Of a stretch of DNA of 64,000 nt, positions 48,721-60,384 are shown piece by piece. The stretch is taken from positions 28,701 through 92,700 of the IMG/VR virus record IMGVR_UViG_3300010413_000011; one strand, written 5' to 3'. A model generated the notes under the pieces. It saw only the letters and a program-made list of their open reading frames with translations, searched no databases and had not been told where the DNA came from. The stretch comes from a virus. Position 1 is the first letter of the stretch, and each line of letters begins with the position of its first letter. The position numbers were made by a program, and so were the translations under genes.

Positions 48721-51120
48721 AGGCGCATGAAACCGGAGTCATCTGGTCATTTCGTTGTTCGGGTTTCGATCTGAATCTGCAGTATTTTCTCGGATTCCGA
48801 TTTTTCGATTTTGGAATTGGCATAGATCCGGACCCATCTGCTCATTTTGTATAACTGACTCGAGTCAAGGTATGGACGAGTTTGTAAAATAAAAGGCGCA
48901 TGGAACCGGACCCAAATCGAAATTTTGTTGTTCTGCCTCCTATCTGATATTGCAGTATTTTCTCGGATTTCCATTTTCTAATAATTGAAATGGCATGGAT
49001 CCGGACTCATCTCGGACTTTTGTTGTTCTGACGGAAATAGTGGATATTGCAGTATTCCGATGAGTGGGAGAGTCCGGTTCTATGCCAAACCTATAATTCG
49101 GTATTTTGAGGGGTGAACTAAATTTACAAATAGAGGTCGCATAGAACCGGACTCTCCTTGAAATTTCGTTGTTCTGGTTCGCATCTGATCTTGCAGTGTT
49201 TTCTCGGATTTCCATTTTCTAATAATCCAAATGGCATGGAACCGGAGTCTCCTGGTCAAAACGTGTTGCTGCCGAATTGTGTCTCATTTGCACTCTACTG
49301 CATTCTTCGGTTTTATTAGAAGTCAACCGGAATTTGAGGAGATACGGGGAGACTCGAAGTCCTGCACAATTTGGCAGAACGAGATTTTGTAATATGAATA
49401 CTGCAATTCCACTAATTTAGTTGGTCGCAGATTGTCAAAATAAAGTCGCATAGAACCGGACCGAGATCAGAATTTCGTTGTTCTGGTTCGCATCTGATCT
49501 TGCAGTGTTTTCTCCGATTTGACTTTTTGGATTATTGAAATGGCATGGAACCGGACCCTCCCGGTCATTTTGTATAACTGACTCGACTCTCAAGAGTGGA
49601 GGAGATTTGGAAATTGAGGTCGCATAGAACTGGACTCTCCCGGTCATTTCGTTGTCCGGGTTCCTATCTGATATTGCAGTACTTTTTGCAATTTGGGATT
49701 TCTAATAATCCAAATGGCATGGAACCGGACCCAAACGGGCATTTCGTTGTTCTGACGGATATTGCTGAAATTGCAGTATTCTCATGACCAGATGAGTCCA
49801 CTTCTATGCGGGCCGGCTAAGTGCATCAATAACAGCATACTGCACTTCTTCCACAACTTACCCTATACTAATTATAGGTTTATCTTCGCCAAATCTCGAA
49901 CGATAAATGACCAGGAGATGCGGTAGGTACCGCACTTCGAGAAATCTATAAGTCGGCCTCCACCGAGATCCGCGACGATAACTTACGATTTCAACAAAAT
50001 GCGGTAGGTACCGCACCAGATAACAATTGTCGAGATCTCAAAAGACTTATTAAGTCAAATTCTCACTTTCTGCGGTAGGTACCGCAATCCGGTTTATCTG
50101 GATAGTCGGCCTCGGGCGAGAATGGTCACGATAACCCTAAAATTCCATCTCCTGCGGTACCTATGCGCCCAGATAACAATTGTCGTAATTTGAGAAGACT
50201 TGTCAAGTTAAATGACCGGAAAGGCCCGGAGGTACCGCATCCGTGGAATCTGGGTTGGCGACCTCCGGCGAGATCTCCCAAGTTTCCCATAGTTTTCTAT
50301 AAAATGCGGTAGGTATGCGACTAGATACCAATTGTCGTAATTTTTCAAGACTTGAGCGATAAAGTCTCATCTCCTGCGGTAGGTACCGCAGCCACCGAAA
50401 CTGCTCGCGTCACAATTGTCGAAATCCTCTGCGATTCACCCAAAGTCTAATTAAATGCGGTAGGTACCGCAATAGATTCGACTTTTGAGATCCCAAACAA
50501 ACTCTAGTGGATAAAGTGCACTTTTCTCGGAATCGCTGAAGTCTTCTAAAAAAACTGCACAAGATCCACCATAAGTTAAACCCATAATTAGTCCAGGGTA
50601 AATACCGATAGAAGTGCAGTATGCTGTTATTGATGCACTTACCTCCGAATGACAAAATGAGGAGATGACTCCGGTTCTATGCGAGGTCGGAATAAATAAA
50701 CTGCAATTCCAGTATATTAGTTGTGAACGAGATTTGGAAATTGAGGGTGCATAGAACCGGACCCATCTCGGAATTCTGTTGTTCTGCCTTCGATCTGTTC
50801 TTACAGTACTTTTTGCAATTTGGGATTTCTAATAATTCAAATGGCATAGATCCGGACTCTCCTGGTCATTTCGTTGTTCTGACGTAAGACTCCGAGAATG
50901 CAGTATTCGTATGCCGCGCTAGGTCCCTATCTATGCCAATCCAATATTCTAACACTGACCCAATCTCAAAAGTCAAGGCGCATAGAACCGGACTCAAATC
51001 GGAATTTCGTTGTCCGGGTTCCTATTTGATATTGCAGTACTTTTTGCAATTCCACTTTCTTGAAAAATAAAATGGCATGGAACCGGACCCATCTGGTCAA
51101 AACCTTGTTCTGCCGAATTG
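48721..51120 (+). repeat. seven degenerate units, each with two GCATRGAWCCGGA-like boxes exactly 95 bp apart
   Basis: Box pairs at 48725/48820, 48898/48993, 49139/49234, 49448/49543, 49622/49717, 50749/50844, 50980/51075; inverted single boxes near 48300, 49071, 49794, 50667. Confidence 0.9.
49818..50641. repeat. 32-bp perfect inverted repeat enclosing an array of eight TGCGGTAGGTACCGCA-type palindromes
   Basis: IR arms 49818-49849 and 50610-50641; boxes at 49919, 50000, 50071, ~50153, ~50224, 50305, 50375, 50456. Confidence 0.9.
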
Positions 51121-52626
51121 TCAAGAATCTGCAGTCTCCCGAGAGAGGCTCCTCCAACATACGTACGGATCCAGTGGTCTCGGGCCACCCGGTAGACTGC
51201 AGATCCTTAAGGCTCACTGCAGATCCGGTCATGGTCTGCAGTTCAAATCTAGCCAATACTGCATTGTCACAAGTATCAGTGGCTTAGGTATTATAATTAT
51301 ATTTAATTAATATCGACTGGATACTAATTATAAGTGCCAGTCTAGTCCGGTAGGTACCGCAGATCCTCGGACTATTCGAACTCCAATACAGTATCGTTGG
51401 ATATAGGAATAAAAATAATCTTCTGCCCAGGGCAGGCAGAGGAAATCAATAGTATACGAAGTCCGATCCAGTCCGACTCCAATCGAACAACCTAGAACAA
51501 AAGGTATCCAGGGCTAGGTCGCATAGTACCGGAGCTACATCGATCGTATCGTGTTGGCATTGGAAAAAGAATATTTTTCTTTTACTTCGAGGGTCGGCCC
51601 TGGAGACGAAGGCCCCTGGCAGGTTCTTTGGTCAAGGAATGGATCGCTATCTGTCGGGTTAGTTGCAAATTCCTACAATAGATTTTCTCGGAGATCGACT
51701 TGATAGAAAAATTTTTGCAATATATTTTCCAGGGGACAGGCCCGAGGACTAGTGACTGCCCTTCTATGTCTGCCCGAGGCACTACCGACTACTCTTTTTT
51801 TACTCGAGTCCCCAGGGCTCGGACAGTATTCGCCTGCCTATATGGGGTTATTCCGGATCCGGTTTAGAGTTTGTATTCCATTCCGTTCGGAGTATTCAGT
51901 TGTGAGTATTTATTCCTGCATATTGGAACTGGAATATGCAGTATTGCATAACTGGCTAGTGCAGGTTTGATGCGGGGTAGAGCCGAATGCAGTATTGGAA
52001 GGCCTATACAGTGAAATCTTAAAGAAGAACTTGTGGAATATCTGATAGTTACAGTAAAGTTTGTGGAATTAGGCGCTTATAAACTTGATTGGAAGTGCAG
52101 TGATTTACAGAGGGTACCCAATTCGACGAAGTCTCTTGCATTTTAAGGGGTTCTTTTGAGTCCGACTTGGCCCCTAAACTACTGGAATTGCAGTATCTGG
52201 GTTTGAGGGGCTAGGGGAGGGTGGCCTTTTTGTCGAATTAAGGGAGATCTCGAGTCTGGGGCGGGCGGCTCGGTCGCAGGTTTGGTCGATTGGAGGTCGG
52301 AGAGAGTCGCTGTTTGTCGCAATTTGGCTGAAATGGAAATACTGGAATACTGCAATTGCAGTTATTTACGTTCGAAATGGATTTTGAGGTCGACTGTAAG
52401 TTGCAGTGTTTCCAGTAGAACTTCGGTTTTTGGCCTTTTTGACCCTTTTGTCTAGGGGTACGGCTAAGATCCTATAAAACTTTTTTCCAGTAAATAGTGG
52501 ATATTGCAGTATTCGTAGAAATCTCTTAAAAAGTTTTTATAAAAAAACACTGCAATATCCACTATTTGGTCATCGAAAATCTGCACTATTTCGTTCATAA
52601 AAGTACTAGTTTACAAGTCGCCGAAT

Positions 52627-52654
52627 TTGTCTTTTTAAAAATGTATGCTACCAT
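52627..52654 (+). promoter_or_regulatory. sigma70-type promoter
   Basis: TTGTCT-N16-TACCAT with TG extension, just downstream of the first 88-bp repeat. Confidence 0.45.
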
Positions 52655-52711
52655 AGCCTCATAATGAAGAAGCAAGGAAATAAAAAAGAGGTCGAAAAAA
52701 AGGAGAGCAAA

Positions 52712-52969
52712 ATGAAAAAGAGAGAAAGCAGCTATTATGGAATGATTTGTTGTCATTGTGGGACTCAGCAGGCGACAATGAAATTGGTCGAGGGTGAAAA
52801 TGTCAGATGTTATAATTGTGGTAAAGAGATCATGGCGGTCGATCATGTTAATAAGATGATTGATGGTCATGAGAAGGCGAGAGCAAAAGAAGAGAGGAAG
52901 AAGGCGGCTCAGATAAGGCGCATGAGAAAAAAGGCTGGAAAAGTTAAGAAAAGCAAGTTTGAGTGTTAA
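52712..52969 (+). CDS. small basic Zn-ribbon protein
   Basis: AAGGAG SD; CCHCG...CYNCG. Confidence 0.7.
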   Translation: MKKRESSYYGMICCHCGTQQATMKLVEGENVRCYNCGKEIMAVDHVNKMIDGHEKARAKEERKKAAQIRRMRKKAGKVKKSKFEC

Positions 52970-52994
52970 TTGATTGAAAGGAAAGGAGGAAAAA

Positions 52995-53288
52995 ATGAAA
53001 AAATTTGGATTGAAGGTCAAGGGTGAAGGCGCGATGGTCGATTTTGAGGCGAAGGATAAGGCGGCGGCTCTGGTGGTCATGGAAGAGCAGGCGGATGAAT
53101 GGGGCGTCGAGATCGAGGAAATGGAGCTGATTGAAGGCGGGCTCAAAATTGAGAGCAGTTATGTTTGTGAGGGTTGTGGCGCTGTTTGGGATGAGGATTT
53201 TTTGTTGGCGGGGCTCTCTGATGAGGGGGATGATTGGCATTGTTCGATTTGTCGGCAGTCTCAAAAGGACCCTAATATAGAGGATTAA
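52995..53288 (+). CDS. small acidic Zn-ribbon protein
   Basis: AAGGAGG SD; CEGC...CSIC. Confidence 0.7.
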   Translation: MKKFGLKVKGEGAMVDFEAKDKAAALVVMEEQADEWGVEIEEMELIEGGLKIESSYVCEGCGAVWDEDFLLAGLSDEGDDWHCSICRQSQKDPNIED

Positions 53289-53301
53289 AGGGCGGTCGCA
53301 G

Positions 53302-53333
53302 AAAAAGGGCTCTCTTTTGAGAGTCCTTTTTTT
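53302..53333 (+). terminator. intrinsic terminator, possibly bidirectional
   Basis: AAAAAGGGCTCTC-TTTT-GAGAGTCCTTTTTTT. Confidence 0.85.
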
Positions 53334-53627
53334 CCACTAATCCACTATATATAGAGCAGCCCGATATTTGGAGATACTGGAAAATACGAACAAAAAGATC
53401 TACTGCAAATTCGATTGGAACTTCCAATACTTCTGGTCGATTTTGGTCAAGGTCGAAAAATGGTCTATTCTCTCAAAAAAGATTTATCCAGTAAATAGTG
53501 GATATTGCAGTATTCGTAGAAATCTCTTAAAAAGTTTTTATAAAAAAACACTGCAATATCCACTATTTGGTCATTAAGAAATCGGCGAAATTTGTTCGAT
53601 GATTGCAGTATTTACAAGAGCCCCGAC

Positions 53628-53655
53628 TTGACTTTTTCAATAAAATCAGTATCAT
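53628..53655 (+). promoter_or_regulatory. sigma70-type promoter
   Basis: TTGACT-N16-TATCAT downstream of the second 88-bp repeat. Confidence 0.5.
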
Positions 53656-54013
53656 CGTACTCATGATGGTTAGAGGACAAAGGAGGCAGAGCAGCAAGGC
53701 GGCGGTGGCGGGCGCTCTCTGTCAGTCCATCAAGAGTCCGCGGAGAACCATTTTTAGCAGGCGCTTTGAAAATTTGGATTTGATCTCTCAGAACCAAAGG
53801 CCCGGTTTGGAGCTTGTGGAAATTGAGAATGCGTCCTCGTCCTTTGAGACGGTGAAAGAGGACAACGGTCTCAGTGGAAGCAAGTTGGCCAAAGTGGCGG
53901 CCGACAATTAGGTCTGGAGAGATCGAGTCGCATGTAATTAATAAATAATTGGTCTTGAGGTCTGGGTTCATGGCCAGACCCTCAAGTCGTTTTCTGATAA
54001 TGAGGAGGTCATT

Positions 54014-57000
54014 ATGGCAAAGGAAAAATTATTGAATAAAGGTAAGGTCGTGATTGGCTATCACGAGGACGGAGTCTGGGGCGAAGGATGGAAGGTCGGC
54101 GTTATTGAGAGTCGGAGGACGCGCAAAGGATATAAAGGCTCGAAGCTGATTGAATACAAAGTCAAGTGGGATGGCGGTGGCGCACCAAAGTGGGAGTCGG
54201 AGGCCTCAGTGATTGTCCCTTCAATCTATATTGGCAAGCGCGTTGGACAGACCGTCGGAGTTTGCGATCAGTGTGGGGACCGGGTGGCGGTCAGGGAATG
54301 TAAATTGAGTCGATCGGCAAAGACCATTCAGAATTGTTGTGGTGATTGTGCTGGTCTTTGGAACAATAAAGAAATTTTGGTTTAAGAGGAGGTCATTATG
54401 AAGGCGAAGAAGACAACGCGGCAGAGTACCATTACAAATGGCAATACGACTTATAAGATCAAGAGCACCAATAAAACCTACCAGGGAAACCCGGCCGGCT
54501 TTATTGTCTATGTCAACGGAAAGAGATTTGACATCGCGGTGCTCGATCGGCGGGTGGCAGAGGACAAGGCGCTTGGTCGTTATATTGGCGGCCCCGAGTT
54601 CGAGGCGATGGTGAAGGCGGAGGAGAAGGAAAGGGCGGCCAAAGAGGTCAAGACAACAGAGGAGGTCGCAGGTCAGCGAGTCGGATTGGATGAGGCGGCC
54701 AAAAGACAGCTTGAGTTTTTGAAGAGCAGTTTGAAAGGCAAGGCGTTGGAAAAGGCGCTCAAGGCGAGTTATGGACTGCTCATAGCAATGGTGCAAGACT
54801 CGAGGCCCGGGGCGTACTCGAGAAGTCCAGAGGTCGAGAAGATTCAGGCTCAAATAAATGAGGCGGTCAGGCTTTATGGCAAGGCAATAGAGGAGGTCGT
54901 AAAATGAAAAAGAAAAAAGTTCATTGGTTAAAGTACTCGGACCTTTGTTATATGAGGTTTGAGGAGACGGATAAAGGGGTCCATGTTAAAGGACCCCTTG
55001 GATTGTCGGCGTACAAAGATACGGTGATGAGCAAAGAAGAGGCAAGGGCCTATTGGGAAGAATTGGTGAGTCATGGGTACCGCAAAACCGACGACCCACC
55101 ATCGGAACATTTTCATGACGCGATCACTTATGGTCGTTGAGGGAGGTCAGGACAATGGAAGCATTTCAGGTTATAGTCGATAACGCGGCGGTGGTCGAAG
55201 TCTCGAACTTCGACCTCGCTGTCTGGTATTGGGAATGTTTTGAAGAGGAGATCGAAGGTCAACTCGCGAACTATAATGGTTGTTGGATTGAAAGGGTAGA
55301 GGCGAACCCAGGGCTCTGGACTCATTGTTGTGGGGACTGTGGTTCATATTGGCATGATGGTATTGAGGTCGACAGTCCGACCTGTCCGATCTGTGGGTCG
55401 GCTCTGGTGGATGGCGTGGCTCAAAACTGATGAGAGGAGGTCAAGGATTATGTTAGGAACTAATTGGGTGGCTCCAGGCGATGGGAATTCGCTATTGGAG
55501 TTGGCAGAGTTTGTTATGTCTGGTGAAAGGTCATTAGACATAACTCCGTTGATGAGAGTCGAAGCAGTTCAGCATTTAGCACAATTAATTCAGTGTAAAG
55601 GTCTCGGACCGAATTGGAAAACCAATCTTCGAATTGATGAAAGTCGAGTTTTGAAACCGTACGATTTGGATAGAATCAATTCTCTATAATTTAAGAATAA
55701 AGGAGGCAAATTCTTTTTAGGGGAGGACTAATGGCTAAAAAGAAAAAGAAGCGGTATATCAAAAAATCGACTCGCACTCTAATGAGTAAATACGAATTGG
55801 AATTGCGAGTCGATTGGGATTGCGAGGACAACCGAGTGGTTGTCCTCCAGACTCTGGAAGATCGATCGGTTGGGATTTTCCCGGTAACCCTCGGTTGTCT
55901 GACTCCGGCAATCGGCAAGGCAGAGTTGGAGGAGGAAGGAATAAAGGAGATCAAAGAGGATGTGGCGGATTATGATTTGACAGCAGATGAAATCGAAGAC
56001 GACTTCAAAACCATTATGAAGGATCTGGCGGTCGTCTACGATTGTAAGTTAAAGGAGGCGTAGTGTATTGGTTAGTCGGCGGCATGATGGCCGGCTTGGT
56101 TTTATATGTTCTAATAACCAATATTCGTTAACGAATATTGAAAACAGAGGAGGTCTGAATGGATATAAAAGAGAAGGCAAGACTCGAGGCGGACCGGCTG
56201 ATGGAACAGCTCGGTTGTGATTGGGATGACTCTCTTACTCAAATGAAACGCCAAGTGGGAGGCATCAAAGTGGTCGTTACCAGAACAGCGGACAACAGCT
56301 CGTTGGCTAAGTTCATCTGGAACGATGGGCGGGTGTTTGGCGACACCCCGTAGCAAGAGGAGGTCAATATGAAATCAAAACGATTTGAAGTAGAAATCGA
56401 ACCCGACGTTCTACCGAGTCATTTGGATAAGGTCGGCGAACGATGGGAGAAGAAAAAGAAGTGGAACGAAGAGGAGAACGGTTACATCACCTGGTATGGT
56501 GAGGCGAAGATCGCGGTGGAGTTGACCAATGAAACGGCTCCAGACTGTTACGGGGGCAGCGAACGTTGTGTCTCTCTAGTGGCCACCCATAAAATCTTCG
56601 GACCCGACGAGAACAACAAACCGATTGAAAAGAAGACGGTCAAGTTATTGGTGAGACCGTCAGAGTTGATCGCCCTAGGTGATGCGTTGAGAGGCGCTGG
56701 TCTGGGAACCGGTCGCAAAACGAAAATGTAAAAGGAGGAGGTTTAATTATGGAAAGGATTGTAATCGATGTTACCAGCGCAGATATACAAATAGTCGAAT
56801 GTTCTAAAAATATTGTAGTCGTTATACAAAAGAAGAACGAAGATTTAATTTTTGACAGAGTAGATAAATCTTCGTATCTACCAATTAAATTATCGAATTA
56901 ACGAAAAACGAATTGAATGTACAAACAACAATTTAAAAAGGGAGGATTAAATCATGTCAGTAGGAACTGAAACACGGCAGAGGAGAAGGGAACTCAAACA

Positions 57001-57958
57001 GTACCGGTGTTTTGTAAAGGCTCGCAAGCGGAAGAAGATGTTCGCCAAAGAGAAGACCGGAGTCAAATCTTTCAAAGGCTTCGGCATGGTGGACTTCAGA
57101 GAACACCAGGTAAAGATGGCTCAGGAGACAATGGTCAAGGAGGCCCGCAAGGTCAAAGGCTGTGCGATACCTGGGTGTCAAGCGAAGCATCACGCGAAAG
57201 GGTTTTGCGCGAAGCACTACAAGCAAATCAAGCGCAATGGCAAGGTGAACGGAGACTGATTGAGAGGAGGAGGAATGGCAAGAAAAAAGGTCAACATAAA
57301 AATCGCGGTAGAGATCGACGACGAGAAGATCCCATTGGATGAATTAATTGATATGGTTGAGGATAAAGTCAATTGTATCAAAGGAGCTGTTTGTGTAGAT
57401 ATCGATTTCACAGACAACACTTAGGGGAGGAAGGCAAATGAAAACAATTTTAGGAGGGTTGATCGAAATAGCACAACAAGCGGATCGGAATGCAGAACAC
57501 CATTTCGATCACCAAAGACAAAAGTATACCGATAAGTCGAAGGCCTACTCGAGATTGGCGGAAGACATTCGAGAGTTGATCGAAAAACACAGAGACACGA
57601 TAGGATACTAATCGGAAATATCGAAAGGACATCACTTTGTAGTTTGGTAAAGGCGAAACCGGAAATAGGAAAACCAATAAATTTGAAAGGAGATAAGACA
57701 ATGGCAAAGAAAAATTTGGACAGTATCAGGGTCGGATCGATGGTAAAAGGAAATCTCGGAGACAAGAAAAACACCATGGTGGAAGGCAAGGTCCTCAAGA
57801 TCAATTGCAAAGGCAAGGCGGTCATAATGAATGAGGAGCGCGGCAAGTTGATCTTACCGTTGAAGGTCCTCAAGAAAGTGACCGGCAAGAAAAAGGAGGT
57901 CGCAGAGAAGGGCACCACCAAGAAAAAGAAGACCTCGAAGAAGAAGACCTCAAAGTAA
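54014..57958 (+). other. early-type cluster of small hypothetical genes (54014-54385, 54398-54907, 54904-55140, 55155-55430, 55450-55689, 55731-56063, 56159-56353, 56369-56731, 56954-57259, 57701-57958)
   Basis: Mostly preceded by very strong GAGGAGG(TC) SD sites; purine-rich sense strand; 56954 has a CAIPGC..HHAKGFCAKHY Zn motif. Confidence 0.7.
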
Positions 57959-57983
57959 CCCACCTATAAAACCTACCTATTCG

Positions 57984-58017
57984 AAAGGGCCGCGGCTTTA
58001 GTCGCGGCCCTTTTTTT
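57984..58017 (+). terminator. intrinsic terminator
   Basis: AAAGGGCCGCGGC-TTTA-GTCGCGGCCC followed by T7. Confidence 0.85.
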
Positions 58018-58070
58018 CCTCTTTTATTTCATGGTATAATCTTGTTAAGGCTGAAAATGTGGAGGTTGTA

Positions 58071-60230
58071 ATGGCAGAGAAAAAGATCGTAACAATCAAT
58101 ACTTGTGTCGGAGATCTTGTGGTTGCAGGTTATGAGTGGTTAAAGCCTTTACCCATCCCCGACCAAACCAAAACTGCGATGATTGGCACTCTGGTGCAAG
58201 ATATGAGGAGGAGAAATGAACGACGACGAAGTGATCTATCACGGTGTCCGATTCGCTAGAGGACGGGCTAAGGACGGTCTGCCTTTTGTTGTTGCGCAGC
58301 GGATACCTTACCGTATTAAAAAGAAACCCGCTCCGAAAAAAGATCATCGCCACCAGATGAGCAGGGTACTCGGCATTGTCTATCCTCTTGCCTTGGTTGA
58401 GAAGTGGAACCGAGTCCACCGGAACCTTCAACATACGACCTGGGTTGTTGAGACTTACCGGCGGGTTTATCCAACTCGTCCCGAGACGAACGACCTTATT
58501 CATATGGAAAAGGAGATTCGGAGGAGAGGTTACGACTGCAATTGTAAAGGTCGTAAAAAAGTTTTACAGTTGGCAAAGGATTGGGGACTGTACTCTTACT
58601 ATTTTTAAGGAGATGTCATGCCGGAAAACAAACGATATCATATTGTATACAATCCGAACGATGAGGAGATGAGACGAGTCTGTAATAATATTCGAAAAGA
58701 GTTTGAGGCTTGGGGATTCGATGTTGAAGATATGAGCGATGAAGAAATTTGTAAGTCGATGTCACAGTTCGCAGAAGCCATTCGCCAAACCGGCGTAACG
58801 GTTCAACAGGCAAGTGAAGCTATTGCGAATTTTAGTCGTCGACTAAAGGAGTTGGTTGATGAGAAAATTTGTCAAGGATCGTCGATCGCGTAAACTTCAA
58901 ATTGGTATTCAAAACCTTAAAGAGATCGCTTCCAAAAAAGGTCATGACTTAGTCGAGCCCTTTCAACAATGGGAAGGACAAAATCAAAACTTTGTTGCGG
59001 CTACCTATTGTAAACGATGTAAGCGGCAGTACCTAGTCCGCGCAACCCTCGGTGGCTTTCCGGCCCCTCAAGTCCTTGGTGACCTAGACTCTAATTGTAA
59101 AAGGAGATCGTAATGGTCAAACCAAATCCGAATATCGAATGGACTGAAAAAAACAATAGAATTATTCTCCTCTCGGGTTCCCATCATGACGAGTTCCTCG
59201 ACGAAGTCCCTGACTCCTATTTAAAGTGCTGTGTTAAACAATTTACCGACGAAGGATGGTTCGATGAGAACCTTATTGTTGAGATGGAAAAGGAACTCAA
59301 GTTTCGGAAGACTCATAATACTCCGGTGGAGGATTAATGGGCAGACCACAAACATTGATGATAGGGGATACGGTCGGGTTTGATAGCAAACGGAACGGAG
59401 GTCGTACTTTTCGGATCGGCATAGTGTCTCGGATAGAAAATGGTCACGCCTGGATCAAACTGGACGAGAGTGACGATTTTCAACGGATGTGGCGAAGACC
59501 GATCGAAGATCTCGATGACCTCAAGTTATATGGAGTTATCAAGGATGATCGGTATCTCCTACTAACCACCAATTTCTCTGCAGCAGAGTTGTTACAGAAA
59601 TCAATTCGCAACTCTAGATTGAAGTTAATTGAAGATTATGATGCGATATTCGTAAGTCGTATTGCCATTTTTGTCGGGTACAGAGCACGAGTTGTGATAG
59701 ATCGGATAGAGTCGCAGCTGTAACGGTATTTCGCTACTCACCGAATAAAAGATTTTGGTTGGATAAATTGTGATTCTGCCAACTAAAATCAATCTTTTTA
59801 TTTCTCTATTGTCTTCTAAGGCGTTCTATGGTAGGATAATTCCAACATAATAGAGGAGGTCAAGATGGCGGAAATCAATTTTAGTTTATGTCATGGTCGC
59901 ACTTTAACGAATGTCCCAGTGCCCGACCAAAGTTGTTGGTACTTTGACGTCTGGACTTCTGAAAAAGCACTCGCTTATGGATTAACGTTGGACACCTTGT
60001 CAGTTTCTAGGTTGTTGGCAGGGTACCAAGTGGTCGCAAGTAACGGCTCGAGGCATACTGTTCGCTTGCGATTGACTCCGGTTAGACCGCAGGAGGACCT
60101 AGAGCGTGCTTGGACTCTTAGTATTAAAAGGAACGGATGGTCTTTGTCTTTGGTTCTATCGGTTCAGAATTTTGTAGAGCTTATAGAAGGAAAGAGTGTG
60201 GCGGTCGAGGTCAAAAGCAAGGCCGCTTAG
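58071..60230 (+). other. small hypothetical genes (58071-58259, 58216-58608, 58618-58893, 58859-59113, 59113-59337, 59337-59723, 59865-60230)
   Basis: TAATG overlaps, SD sites; extended -10 TGGTATAAT at 58032-58040. Confidence 0.6.
59809..59837 (+). promoter_or_regulatory. sigma70-type promoter upstream of the UbiX-containing unit
   Basis: TTGTCT-N17-TAGGAT with TG extension. Confidence 0.5.
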
Positions 60231-60384
60231 GTATAATCGGAAGAGGAGGAGGTCATCATGTCGGACCTACAATCGTTACGACATTCTGAACGCGAACAGC
60301 GCGCTATCAATTCGATAATGTCGGCGTACGAAGAGTATTTAACTCTCTCGCCGATTGAGTTAACCGAAGAAGAGGAGAAGATTG

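Larger units (their letters stand above)
52486..53574 (+). repeat. 88-bp direct repeat (52486-52573, 53487-53574), each copy with 19-bp inverted arms
   Basis: AAATAGTGGATATTGCAGT-N38-ACTGCAATATCCACTATTT in both copies, 1001 bp apart. Confidence 0.9.

Noticed and set aside
49919-50471. CRISPR array
   Set aside because: Repeats are only 16 bp, the 55-65 nt intervals resemble each other (shared CAATTGTCG and AAGACTT words) rather than being unique spacers, and no cas genes are visible
48011-51970. Short ORFs in the repeat region (e.g. 48747-48974, 48940-49215, 50966-51256)
   Set aside because: They are translations of the repeat units, lack SD sites and show no protein-like features
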